Position numbers and translations under genes: made by a program. A stretch of DNA of 64,000 nucleotides from an uncultured Candidatus Saccharibacteria bacterium (GTDB lineage: Bacteria > Patescibacteriota > Minisyncoccia > Minisyncoccales > CAYZYK01), in assembly GCA_964507665.1 (NCBI GenBank), contig CAZDPT010000002.1, forward strand, positions 29,016 through 93,015. Reading direction: 5' to 3'. Positions 19,347 through 30,474 of this stretch are shown here, one piece after another (position 1 is the stretch's first letter; each line of letters starts with the position of its first letter). The notes under the pieces were generated by a model. It made no database searches. It saw nothing but the letters and a program-made list of their open reading frames with translations, and was not told the origin of the DNA.

Positions 19347-19661
19347 GTGTTGGAAATAATTGCAATTATTATCTTTTTTACAAGTATTACAGGAATATTA
19401 ATACTGTTGTTCCGAAAGATTCCAGTTTTAACTGGGTTTCCAGGGACATTTGAAAACTCAGCCAGAGAGAGTTTCATTTTTAAATTTAAGAATAATATAA
19501 GAGAGAGATTTACAAGAGAAAAGAAAAATAAGTTCTTCCAAAAAACACTTTCTCGAATTAAAATTTTAGTACTTAAGCTTGAGAAAAAAATTGATAATTC
19601 TCTTCAAAAGTTGAGAAAAGAGTCTAAAAATAATAGAAATAAGACAGATAAGCCGTCCTAG
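19347..19661 (+). CDS. hypothetical small membrane protein (GTG/TTG start)
   Basis: One N-terminal TM helix, then a Lys-rich tail. No recognisable family. The 3' end overlaps tRNA-Thr by 10 nt. Confidence 0.3.
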   Translation: MLEIIAIIIFFTSITGILILLFRKIPVLTGFPGTFENSARESFIFKFKNNIRERFTREKKNKFFQKTLSRIKILVLKLEKKIDNSLQKLRKESKNNRNKTDKPS

Positions 19662-19723
19662 CTCAATAGCAGAGCAGTTGCTTTGTAAGCATCAGGTTGT
19701 CGGTGCAAATCCGACGGACGGCT
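19652..19723 (+). tRNA. tRNA-Thr (anticodon UGU)
   Basis: Cloverleaf by hand: acceptor GCCGTCC/GGACGGC, D-stem GCTC/GAGC, anticodon loop TTTGTAA, T-arm GTCGG-TGCAAAT-CCGAC. No encoded CCA. Confidence 0.85.
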
Positions 19724-19786
19724 CAAAGATATATAAGTGAAAGAATAAGATAAAGATTGTATTTCATTTCTATTAACATTTTTCCC

Positions 19787-19814
19787 TTGACAAAAAATTT
19801 TAAAAGATTAAAAT
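19787..19814 (+). promoter_or_regulatory. 16S rRNA promoter (TTGACA-16-TAAAAT)
   Basis: Perfect -35 hexamer at 19787-19792 and TAAAAT at 19809-19814. Confidence 0.5.
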
Positions 19815-19884
19815 TAAAATAGAAAAGATAAAAAATTATGAAATGGCTTTCTGGAATATGAAATAAAAAGGTGAATTTAAAAAA

Positions 19885-19963
19885 GAAGATATTTAAATAA
19901 AACCACGAAATATCTTCGTGGTTTATTGTTAGAAAGAAAGAGTTTAATCGAGTTCTTTACAAG
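19885..19963 (+). promoter_or_regulatory. 16S leader: alternative hairpins plus boxA-like element
   Basis: gaagatattt (19885-94) pairs with aaatatcttc (19908-17). This competes with the hairpin aaaccacgaa/ttcgtggttt (19900-19924). boxA-like gttctttacaag lies at 19952-19963. Confidence 0.35.
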
Positions 19964-20029
19964 TTAATATGATCGTTGAAAGATAACAAGTAAAATCAGT
20001 TACTTGAAATTGCCTCGGATAAAACTTTT

Positions 20030-21530
<1,501 letters not shown>

Positions 21531-21726
21531 AATAGGTTGACTAAGGTTGAAGTCTGAAATTTGGATTTTAACCTTAAGGGAATTGGTTAAGTTACCCTTT
21601 AAGACTTGACTTATCCGAGGCAATTTCAAGCAACTAATTTCTCCCTTAAGAAGTTGAGGGTTTTTTGTTTGGATCTTGCTGATTACCTTTATTTTTGTTA
21701 AAATTTAAATAATTAAATCTAAAAGA

Positions 21727-21800
21727 GCGCACGTGGCTCAGTTGGTTAGAGCACACCTCTGATAAGGGTGAGGTCCCTGGTTCGAATCCAGGCGTGCGCA
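21727..21800 (+). tRNA. tRNA-Ile (anticodon GAU)
   Basis: Acceptor GCGCACG/CGTGCGC, anticodon loop CTGATAA, T-loop TTCGAAT. Confidence 0.9.
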
Positions 21801-21814
21801 CTATCTTTACAGTT

Positions 21815-21887
21815 GGGCCTGTAGTTCAGTTGGAAGAACGCCGCTCTTGCACAGCGGAGGTCAGCGGTTCGAATCCGCTCGGGTCCA
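21815..21887 (+). tRNA. tRNA-Ala (anticodon UGC)
   Basis: Acceptor GGGCCTG with the G3:U70 identity pair, anticodon loop CTTGCAC, T-loop TTCGAAT. Confidence 0.9.
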
Positions 21888-21897
21888 CTAAATTAAA

Positions 21898-21930
21898 TTA
21901 ACCACCTCAGAAAAGGTGGTTAATTTGTTT
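21898..21930 (+). terminator. intrinsic terminator ending the 16S-tRNA transcription unit
   Basis: ttaaccacc/ggtggttaa 9-bp stem, loop tcagaaaa, then tttgttt. Confidence 0.6.
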
Positions 21931-21966
21931 AACTCGGAGAATTGGGATTTAATAAAACTAATCTTT

Positions 21967-23187
21967 TTAAATTTTTGTTTGGGTTTTGGTTTGGGTTTTG
22001 GGAGGAGTAACGAAGTAATCTTTTTTAACGTGTTCAATTAATATTTTAGTTAATATAGGGGCAAGGAGAGTGGTGATAACACTTAAAATAATCATAGCGG
22101 TCACTAATTCAGAAGATAGAATTTTCATTTCTTGACCAACAAAGACTACAGCTAAGGTAGTGGTGAGCTGGGGGATACTTGTGGCTGCCACTAGGGCACT
22201 TTGTTTTAAAGTATGATGACGTAAACGAGCAGCAATCCAAGTGCTTCCAAATTTAGTCACTAGAGAACCAAACAGGATGGTTATTGTTAATATCCAAAAC
22301 CCTTTTGTTTCCAAAAAAATATTAATATTTGTTTTCATACCTATAGATACAAAAAATATAGGTATGAAAAATCCATAAGATAAAGCAAATATCTTATTTT
22401 TTAATTCAGGATTGGTTATTACCCCCGAAAGTACTAAACCTGCAAAAAATGCTCCTATCATAGGATGCAATCCAAGCAATTCAAATACAACCACCATTCC
22501 TAATAGAATAACAAAGATGAAACGAAGTTCACGTTCAAAGCCAAACTTCTCCTCTGATATAAATATTTTAGCAAGAAAACGATAAGAACGAAAAATAACC
22601 CAAACAAACAATCCTCCTAACAAAAATATTCCAACAAACAATAAGATAAACCAGGTCAAAGAGAGAGTTGAACCAGGAGATAAATATTGTAAGGCAACAG
22701 CAAGAATTATTAAACTTAAAATATCTTGTAGTATAATGGCTGAAGTGGTTAATTGACCTATTTTAGTTTTTAAAAGTTTTTTTTCTTCTAAAATAGGAAC
22801 AACCACAGCAAAGGAAGAGGACATAAAAATAATTCCTAACAAGATAACCGCGCCAATATTATAACCAAAAAATAGACCAATTAGTGCTCCTATGATGGCG
22901 GGAACAAAACCGCTTATCAAAGCAATTAAAACTGAATCTTTCCAAAATTGTTTAATTCCCGATAATTTAATTTCTAATCCGGCCATGAATAATAAAAATA
23001 TCAATCCCAGAGATGCCAGAAAATTAAAAGTGGCATCGGGAGCAACAAATTTAAAACCAAAAGGGCCGATGATTATTCCTGCTACAATAAGAGCTATTAC
23101 CCAAGGAATTCGAAAACGATGAAGTATTCGGGAAAAAAATAAAGAAACTGATAAGATTAAAAATAGTGGAATTAGTCCTTCTTGCAT
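21967..23187 (-). CDS. cation:proton antiporter (CPA2/Kef-NapA-like)
   Basis: 406 aa with about 12 predicted TM helices. N-terminal pattern resembles Na+/H+ exchanger family proteins. Confidence 0.7.
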   Translation of the reverse strand: MQEGLIPLFLILSVSLFFSRILHRFRIPWVIALIVAGIIIGPFGFKFVAPDATFNFLASLGLIFLLFMAGLEIKLSGIKQFWKDSVLIALISGFVPAIIGALIGLFFGYNIGAVILLGIIFMSSSFAVVVPILEEKKLLKTKIGQLTTSAIILQDILSLIILAVALQYLSPGSTLSLTWFILLFVGIFLLGGLFVWVIFRSYRFLAKIFISEEKFGFERELRFIFVILLGMVVVFELLGLHPMIGAFFAGLVLSGVITNPELKNKIFALSYGFFIPIFFVSIGMKTNINIFLETKGFWILTITILFGSLVTKFGSTWIAARLRHHTLKQSALVAATSIPQLTTTLAVVFVGQEMKILSSELVTAMIILSVITTLLAPILTKILIEHVKKDYFVTPPKTQTKTQTKI

Positions 23188-23429
23188 TTTATAAATTATA
23201 GCAAAAAAAAGATTAAATAAAAACTGATGAATCTGAGGATATCTTTTAACCTCAAGCTCTAAAACATATTATATTAGAGAGATTCTCATTTTATATCCCC
23301 TTTAATCTCTTAAAAAGTTATCCACAGATTTAGTAGAAACTCTGTTTTATTTTTGTTATAATACTTCAATTATTAAAAGTTAAAGGTCGAGATTTAATTT
23401 AGAAATAATAATTTTTAAATCTTTTTAAA

Positions 23430-24125
23430 ATGATTATTGGTTCATGGGCTCAAATAACTATTGATGCTTTAAAAGATCTTTGGCGAGGATTTTTAGATTT
23501 TATTCCTGAAGCTATAGGAGCTATTGTAGTTTTTGTTATTGGTTGGTTTATTGCTGCTGGTGTCGGAAAATTAGTTGAGAAGATTTTGTTGAAGTTACAG
23601 TTTAACAAACTTTTTGAGAAAGAAGGATGGAGAGAAGCTCTAGAAAAAGCAGATCTTAAAGTTGATGCCTCAAAATTCGTTGGAGCAATTGTTAAATGGG
23701 TTTTAGTAATTGTTTTCTTACTGGCTGCAGTAGAGATTTTAGGATTAGTACAATTTGCTAATTTCTTACAGGATGTTCTAGCTTACTTGCCTAATGTAAT
23801 TGTTGCTGTTTTGATTTTTGTGGTGACTTTCATTGTAGTAGATATTGTTGAGAAATTGGTGAGAGCATCTGTAGAAAGAATAAAAGTTGGTTACGGAAAT
23901 TTAATAAGTTTGTTTGTTAAATGGGCTATTTGGGTGTTTGCAGTTTTTGCTATTTTACGACAGCTTGTAATTGTTCCCACATTGATTGATACTCTATTTA
24001 AAGCTTTGGTTTATGGAGTGGTGGCTATGTTTGTAATTACAGCTGGGCTTGCTTTCGGACTTGGTGGAAGAGATTTTGCTAAAGAAGTTTTAGAAGAGTT
24101 AAGAAGAAAGGTTAGAAAGCGATAA
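23430..24125 (+). CDS. conserved TM-helix-repeat membrane protein (MscS-N-terminal-like family)
   Basis: Several TM helices with repeated VxxVxxWxIxxVxxL-type segments. Family assignment rests on pattern memory only. Confidence 0.4.
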   Translation: MIIGSWAQITIDALKDLWRGFLDFIPEAIGAIVVFVIGWFIAAGVGKLVEKILLKLQFNKLFEKEGWREALEKADLKVDASKFVGAIVKWVLVIVFLLAAVEILGLVQFANFLQDVLAYLPNVIVAVLIFVVTFIVVDIVEKLVRASVERIKVGYGNLISLFVKWAIWVFAVFAILRQLVIVPTLIDTLFKALVYGVVAMFVITAGLAFGLGGRDFAKEVLEELRRKVRKR

Positions 24126-24184
24126 TTCCTTTTGTTGATTTCGTTTTTAAGTAAGGTCTTGTTCAAGAGGGGGTTCTCTCCCTC

Positions 24185-24212
24185 TTGACAGGGTTTTAGA
24201 ATTTGATAAAAT
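24185..24212 (+). promoter_or_regulatory. 23S-5S promoter (TTGACA-16-TAAAAT)
   Basis: Hexamers at 24185-24190 and 24207-24212, overlapping the terminator hairpin of the upstream gene. Confidence 0.5.
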
Positions 24213-24302
24213 AATAATAGTAGTAAAAGAAGTATATTGTAATCTTGCTTCTTTTGCTCAATAGTTAAGTTATGAGAAAACCAGAAATCATATTAAATAA
24301 AG

Positions 24303-24413
24303 GAAGCGGTTAATTTTACCGGAGAATTCTATTTCTCTTTTGGGTAACCGCTTCTCTGAAGCGGTTTTTGGTTAGGGGAAGACGAGAGTAGAGAGAGAAC
24401 CTTGAAAATTAAA
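24303..24413 (+). promoter_or_regulatory. 23S leader: triple 9-10 nt element forming alternative hairpins, plus boxA-like element
   Basis: Three elements: gaagcggtta (24303-12), taaccgcttc (24345-54) and gaagcggtt (24358-66) followed by ttt. boxA-like gaaccttgaaaattaaa lies at 24397-24413. Confidence 0.4.
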
Positions 24414-27032
24414 TAGTGGAAAATTAAAAGATAATTAAAATCTGTATCTATTCCGCAGGAATAAATTAATTTAAAGGCAAATGGTGGATGCCTCGGGAGT
24501 AGGAAGCGATGAAGGACGTGGCGTAGCTGCGATAAGCCTCGGGGAGATGCTGAGCAATCTTTGATCCGGGGATATCCGAATGGGATAACCTATTCGCGTG
24601 ATAAACACGAATAACTCTGTCAGACGGCAGAGTAGCGAACCTGGTGAAGTGAAACATCTCAGTAACCAGAGGAAAAGAGAACGAAGTTTATTCTCTTAGT
24701 AGCGGCGAGCGAAAAGGGAAGAGTCCAAACCGAGTACTTTTTGTGCTCGGTGTAGTAAGGAGATAATTTCAGGGATATTTCTGGTGCACAGAAATATCCA
24801 CTGAGGGAGTTTATAACACAAAACTTGGTTAAAAGAAACACCCTGGAAAGGGGTGCCATAGAGGGTGATAGCCCCGTATTTAAAAACCGTTTTGTACTCC
24901 TTGTTATCTTTCTTGAGTACCGTCGGAAATGAAAGCCCGGCGGGAACCACCCCGAACTATCGGGGAAGACTAAATATTCCTACTCACCAATAGCGAACAA
25001 AGTACCGTGAGGGAAAGTTGAAAAGTAGCCCTGTGAGGGCGGTGAAATAGAACCTGAAACCATTTGCTTACAAAGAGTCAGAGCTCCACTTGTGGAGTGA
25101 TGGCGTGCTTTTTGCAGAACGAGCCAACGAGTGTATTTTATCCGCTAGTCTAAGAGGTTCTGCCTCGAAGGCATAGGGAAACCAAGTGTGAAAGCGCATC
25201 AAGCGGAGAGAATACGACCCGAAACCAGGCGATCTTACCATGGCCAGGGTGAACCCACTGTAAAAAGTGGGGGAGGCCCGAACCCGTAAGCCGGGCAATG
25301 CTTTGGGATGAGCTGTGGTAAGGAGTGAAAAGCTAATCGAGCTTGGTAATAGCTGGTTCTCCCCGAAACAGCTTTAGGGCTGACGTCTAGTTATATCTAT
25401 TGGAGGTAGAGCACTGGAAGGATTATCGTGGATTTTTCCAGATTTTCCTACCAAACTCCGAATACCAATAGACTTATCTAGGCAGTCAGACTATGGGGGC
25501 TAAGCTCCATAGTCGAAAGGGAAAGAGCCCAGACCATCATCTAAGGTCCCCAAGATTGAGCTAAGTGTATCTTAAGGAAGTATTTTGCCCCAGACAAACA
25601 GAAGGTTTGCTTAGAGGTAGCTATCCTTTAAAGAGTGTGTAAAAACTCACTGTTCTACTCATCCTTTGGATGAGAAGGGCAAGGTGCGCCGAAGATTTCC
25701 GGGACTCAAGCTCAACACCGAAGATATGGTTCAATATATTTAATATATTGGAGGTAGGGGAGCGTTCTGTTTGCGTTGAAGGTGAACCGGAAGGTTCACT
25801 GGAGCGGACAGAAGTGAGAATGTTGGCATGAGTAACCACAATAGGTGTGAGATTCACCTACACCGAAAACCCAAGGTTTCCTTGGCAATGGCGATCAGCC
25901 AAGGGTTAGGCGGTCCTAAGGTGAACCCGAAAGGGGTAATCGATGGACAGCCGGTTAATATTCCGGCCCTCCATTACTTTTTCAAAGAGGTAACGAAATT
26001 TAGTAGGTAAGGCAGATTATTGGATTTCTGTCCTCAGTCTAAGTTTTTACAAGGACTGAGGGGAAATTTGTCTTCGGACAAATTAACCTTACTGAGCAAA
26101 TTTCCAAGAAAAGCCTCCGCGAGTTAAAAGTAATGGATCCGTACCGCAAACCGACACAGGTGGGTTGGCATAAATGTGCTAAGGTGAACGGGTGAAACCT
26201 CGTTAAGGAACTCGGCAAAAAAGTGGCCGTAACTTCGGGATAAGGCCTACCACCATTTAGGTGGTCGCAGCTAAAGTTCCCCTGGCGACTGTTTATCAAA
26301 AACATAGGTCCCTGCTTAACTCGTAAGAGGATGTATAGGGGCTGAGGCCTGACCAGTGTTGGAACGTTAATGGTGGCGGTCCTTGTTTTACCTTCGGGTG
26401 AAATAACAAGGGCTGACTGCTTGAAGCTCCAATGAACGTCGGCGATAACTATAATCGTCCAAAGGTAGCGTAGTCCCTTGCCGGGTAAGTTCCGGCCTGC
26501 ATGAAAGGCTTAACGGCTGGGGGGCTGTCTCAACGAGGAGCCCGGTGAAAATGCAATACCGGTAAAGATGCCGGTTACCTGCGGCAAGACGGAAAGACCC
26601 CGGAAGCTTTACTGGAGCTAGATATTGGGTTTTGATTTTGAATGCGTAGTGTAGGTGGGAGACTTTGAAGCCAGAATTTCGGTTCTGGTGGAGTCGCCAA
26701 TGGAACACCACCCTTTTGAAATCTTTATTCTAATTTCGTTGTCCAAAGTACAACGGAAGACAGTGTTTAGCGGACAGTTTAAGTGGGGCGCTTGCCTCCC
26801 AAAGAGTAACGGAGGCGTTTATTAAGGTCGGCTAACTCCGGATGGAAATCGGAGTAATAGGACAAAGCCACAAGCCGGCTTTACTGCAAGACGGCTATGT
26901 CACGCAGTTGGGAAACCAGAACTTAGTGAACCGAGCGTAGTTTATAGAACCGCGTGAGATTATCAGATAAAAGTTACCCCGGGGATAACAGGTTGGTAGG
27001 GCCCGAGAGTCCATATCTACGGCCCTGTTCGA

Positions 27033-27104
<72 letters not shown>

Positions 27105-27120
27105 TGGTACGTGAGCTGGG

Positions 27121-28260
27121 TTGAGTAAAACTTGAGCCCAGTTAAAACTGGCTAATAACGGTGAAACCCATTATTTATTGTGGTATAATAAAATAATGGG
27201 CAATACCGTGGGAAGACAATTTTTTACCTTAAAGTTTCAAAGAGAAGTAATTATAGGATGTCTTTTAGGAGATGGAAGATTAGAATGTCGATCAAAAGAA
27301 GGAAGCGCCAGATTAAGAATTCATCACGGATGGAAGCAAAAAGATCTTGTCTTTTGGAAATATAGGGTGCTGAAAAACATAGTTTCTTGTCCTCCAAGAA
27401 GAATAGTTTGTTGGAAGAATCCTAAAAATGGTGAAGATTACCATTCCTGGTATTTTCACACTCGAACACTTCTAGGATTGAGAGAAATTTATAAGATGTT
27501 TTATCCAGACGGAGCAAAGATTTTACCCCAGAATATTCTTGATTTGTTAACACCAGTAAGTTTAGCAGTTTGGCTTATGGATGATGGATGCAATGATAGA
27601 AATTCTCTTGTTCTCAATACTCATAATTTTTCAAGAATCGAGAATAAAAGATTACAAGAAGTTCTTAAAGTGAAATTTAATCTTGATTTTGGGATTAATA
27701 AAGATCGAGATAAATGGAGATTAAGGCTTTATAGCAATGATTTTCAAAAGATAATAGATTTGACAGAGCCATATATTATTCCATCAATAAAGTATAAAAT
27801 TGTCCCCGTAGAGACTGAGTCCGTAAGAAGGACGAGGCAGTAGATAACCTACTGCAATACGCCAGTCCCATTAGATAATTTCAAAATCTATGGGAAAGAT
27901 ATAGTCCATGCTTATAGTAATATAAGAGTAAATATGTCAGACCGTCAAAAAAAGAACTTTAGATATCGAGTTCACACGGCGGCTTCCTGCTGTAAAGCAG
28001 GTTGAAAAACCGACTCATATCGGTGAAGTCCTTGTATCTTAACCTGTCGTGTACTAGGATAATACCGAGGGAAGTCGTAAATATTTTTTTATGGAGAATC
28101 TTCTAAAGGAAAAGAAAAATGTTTATTGACCCTGTAGAGACTTAGTGAAAAATTTTACTAGATTCTTTTCATTTTTGAGAAGGATAATACGTCGGTCCCC
28201 TTGAGATAGATATATATTTCATAGGGTGATGGTATAGTCCATTCCACTGGTAACAGTGGG
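27121..28260 (+). mobile_element. group-I-like intervening sequence in 23S domain V (between GCUGGG(UU) and UUUAGAA, E. coli ~U2584-U2586 region)
   Basis: Exon homology stops at ...gtgagctgggtt and resumes at gggtttagaatgcgtgagacagg. It contains S-element aagatatagtcc and R-like gtagagactgag motifs twice, plus a LAGLIDADG ORF. Confidence 0.8.
27196..27843 (+). CDS. double-motif LAGLIDADG homing endonuclease (intron-encoded)
   Basis: Motif 1 is IIGCLLGDGRL and motif 2 is LAVWLMDDGC. ATG at 27196 is preferred over the upstream TTG. The 3' end overlaps the first ribozyme core. Confidence 0.85.
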   Translation: MGNTVGRQFFTLKFQREVIIGCLLGDGRLECRSKEGSARLRIHHGWKQKDLVFWKYRVLKNIVSCPPRRIVCWKNPKNGEDYHSWYFHTRTLLGLREIYKMFYPDGAKILPQNILDLLTPVSLAVWLMDDGCNDRNSLVLNTHNFSRIENKRLQEVLKVKFNLDFGINKDRDKWRLRLYSNDFQKIIDLTEPYIIPSIKYKIVPVETESVRRTRQ

Positions 28261-28600
28261 TTTAGAATGCGTGAGACAGGTTGGTCCCTATCTACCGTAG
28301 GCGTTGAGTCTTGAGAGGAGTCATCCCTAGTACGAGAGGACCGGGATGAACTAACCTCTGGTGTACCAGCTGTTGCGCCAGCAGCACCGCTGGGTAGCTA
28401 AGTTGGGAAGGGATAAGCGCTGAAAGCATCTAAGTGCGAAGCCCACCTCAAGATTAGGACTCATAGACTCCTTGAAGACCACGAGGTTGATAGGCTCCAG
28501 GTGTAAGTCTAGTAATAGATTTAGCCGAGGAGTACTAATAAGTCATAAGTTTATTCCTCAAAGAATAGATACAGATTTTAGAAATCTTTTAAAAGGCATT

Positions 28601-28714
28601 TTGGTGGCGGCTATACTGGAGTTGTCCCACCTGTTCCCATTTCGAACACAGAAGTGAAATACTCCGAGGCCGATGATAGTAGGTTTTACCTGCGAAAGTA
28701 GGTAGCCGCCACCT
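28601..28714 (+). rRNA. rrf: 5S rRNA
   Basis: ttggtggcggctatactggag...cccacctgttcccatttcgaacacagaagt...gtagccgccacc. Helix I pairs the termini. Confidence 0.88.
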
Positions 28715-28768
28715 GAGTGCCTTTTTTATTTTTTAAAGTCTTTCTTATATAATAAAGGTAAGTTTTTT

Positions 28769-29551
28769 ATGAGGATTTCTAAGATTCAAAAAATTTTAAT
28801 TATAGTTGCGGGAATTTTAGTTATAATTTCTTTAAATTTTTTTCAGACTCAAGTGAGAGAAGTTTTCTATTTTATTTCCTCTCCCATTCAAAAAATATTT
28901 TGGCAGGAAGGACAGAAGATTTCTGATTTTGGAGAAGTATTTTTAGAAATGAAAGATTTGGAGAAAAAAAATCAAGAATTTAAAACTAGAATAAAGCAAC
29001 TTCAGTCTGAAGTTGCTTTTTTGAAAGAAAAAGAAAAAGAAAATGAAACTTTAAGAAAAGCCTTGGATATTGGGCTAGAAGAAGAATTTAATTTACAATT
29101 TGCACAAATCATTGAAAAAGACCCTTCAGAAGATTTTATTCTGATTAATAAAGGTTATAATCAGGGAATAGAAGAGGATTTTCCTGTTGTAACGGAAGGA
29201 AAAGTTTTATTTGGAAAAACCTTCCAAATTTATAACAATTTTTCAAAAGTTATGTTAATCTCCAATAAAGAAAGTGTTTTTGATGCTAAAATTCAAGATA
29301 AAGAGATTTCTGGAATAATTAAGGGTAAAGGAAACTTAAAGTTAATTTTTGATCTTATTCCTTTTGAAGTTGAGATTAAGAAAGGGGATGTTGTTGTAAG
29401 TTCGACACTAGGCAAGATTTTTCCGAGGGGGCTTTTAGTAGGAAAGATAGAGAAGATAATAAAAGAAGATATTAAGCCTTTTCAGAAAGCTGAAATTACT
29501 CCCTTTTTTGAACTCAAGGAGACAGAAAGTTTATTTATTATTAAACCTTAA
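28769..29551 (+). CDS. mreC: rod shape-determining protein MreC
   Basis: N-terminal TM, a coiled-coil (LQSEVAFLKEKEKENETLRKAL), and a beta-rich C-terminus with GDVVVSS and FPRGLLVGKI. Confidence 0.8.
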   Translation: MRISKIQKILIIVAGILVIISLNFFQTQVREVFYFISSPIQKIFWQEGQKISDFGEVFLEMKDLEKKNQEFKTRIKQLQSEVAFLKEKEKENETLRKALDIGLEEEFNLQFAQIIEKDPSEDFILINKGYNQGIEEDFPVVTEGKVLFGKTFQIYNNFSKVMLISNKESVFDAKIQDKEISGIIKGKGNLKLIFDLIPFEVEIKKGDVVVSSTLGKIFPRGLLVGKIEKIIKEDIKPFQKAEITPFFELKETESLFIIKP

Positions 29552-29553
29552 AT

Positions 29554-30474
29554 ATGGGTTTAAAAAATTGGTTTAAGTTTTATTTAATATTAATTTTTGT
29601 ATTTGTTATTATTCTAAACTTTCAGGAACTTTTACCCTTAAAAGAATTATACTTGTGGTTGAAAATTGGTCAGCAAGAGAGTTTATATCAACAGATAACA
29701 CCAGAGCAGGGAACCGCAGGAAATGTTTTACAGAAACAGAAAACTGAAACAATTATTCATTTGGGTGAGTGGGATAAAAACTCACTAAATAATCTTATTA
29801 AGAATTCAAAGAAATATAATGTTTTTGGAGAAAGGATTGAATATATTTCCCAAAAATTTCTCAACACTTCATATAAGAAAAATACTTTAGTTGGAAAAAA
29901 AGATTTACCTGAGAAATTTGTTGTTAATTTAAAAAAAATTGATTGTTTTACTTTTTTGGATTATGTTTTGTCTCTTGGAATTGCAAATGATTTTGAGGAT
30001 TTTTTCAAGAAACTTAAATCAGTAAGATACAACTCAGGGATAGTTAATTTTAAAAAAAGAAATCATTTTTTCAGCCAGTGGATTGATAATAATTCCAATT
30101 ATTTTTCTTATATCCTCAAAGATCTTCAAAATTCAGTTTGCTTGATTAAAAAACTTAATCAGAAACAAAACGGAGAATACTGGGTTGAAGGAATTGCTCC
30201 ATTTAGAGAAGAAATATGTTTCTTACCAAGGGAGATTATATTAGATAAAAGGTTTGATTTTGAATCTGGCGATATTGTTGGTTTTTATACTAATTTAAAG
30301 GGATTAGATGTTACCCATCTTGGGATTATATCCCTGCAGGATTCTGAGATATATTTGAGGCATGCTTCACAGAAAAAGAAAAAAGTGGTTGATGAAAAAC
30401 TTAAATCATATTTAGAAAATAACCTCCAATACAGTGGTTTAATAATTGTAAGACCAATTTATTCTTCTTCATGA
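29554..30474 (+). CDS. membrane-anchored hypothetical protein, possible DUF1460-like Cys/His hydrolase
   Basis: N-terminal TM. KIDCFTFLDYVL (Cys) and DVTHLGII (His) segments resemble amidase-like DUF1460 proteins. Assignment is by motif memory only. Confidence 0.3.
   Translation: MGLKNWFKFYLILIFVFVIILNFQELLPLKELYLWLKIGQQESLYQQITPEQGTAGNVLQKQKTETIIHLGEWDKNSLNNLIKNSKKYNVFGERIEYISQKFLNTSYKKNTLVGKKDLPEKFVVNLKKIDCFTFLDYVLSLGIANDFEDFFKKLKSVRYNSGIVNFKKRNHFFSQWIDNNSNYFSYILKDLQNSVCLIKKLNQKQNGEYWVEGIAPFREEICFLPREIILDKRFDFESGDIVGFYTNLKGLDVTHLGIISLQDSEIYLRHASQKKKKVVDEKLKSYLENNLQYSGLIIVRPIYSSS

Noticed and set aside
21977-22001. Short tandem repeat ggttttggtttgggttttgg, checked as a possible repeat array
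   Set aside because: It lies inside the 3' end of the antiporter CDS and encodes the TQTKTQTK tail. It is a trivial coding micro-repeat, not a CRISPR or regulatory array.
23318-23326. Perfect DnaA box TTATCCACA in the AT-rich divergent intergenic region, considered as a possible oriC
   Set aside because: It is a single box with no cluster of additional boxes and no dnaA/dnaN nearby. One 9-mer match in 64 kb on both strands is expected by chance at roughly even odds.
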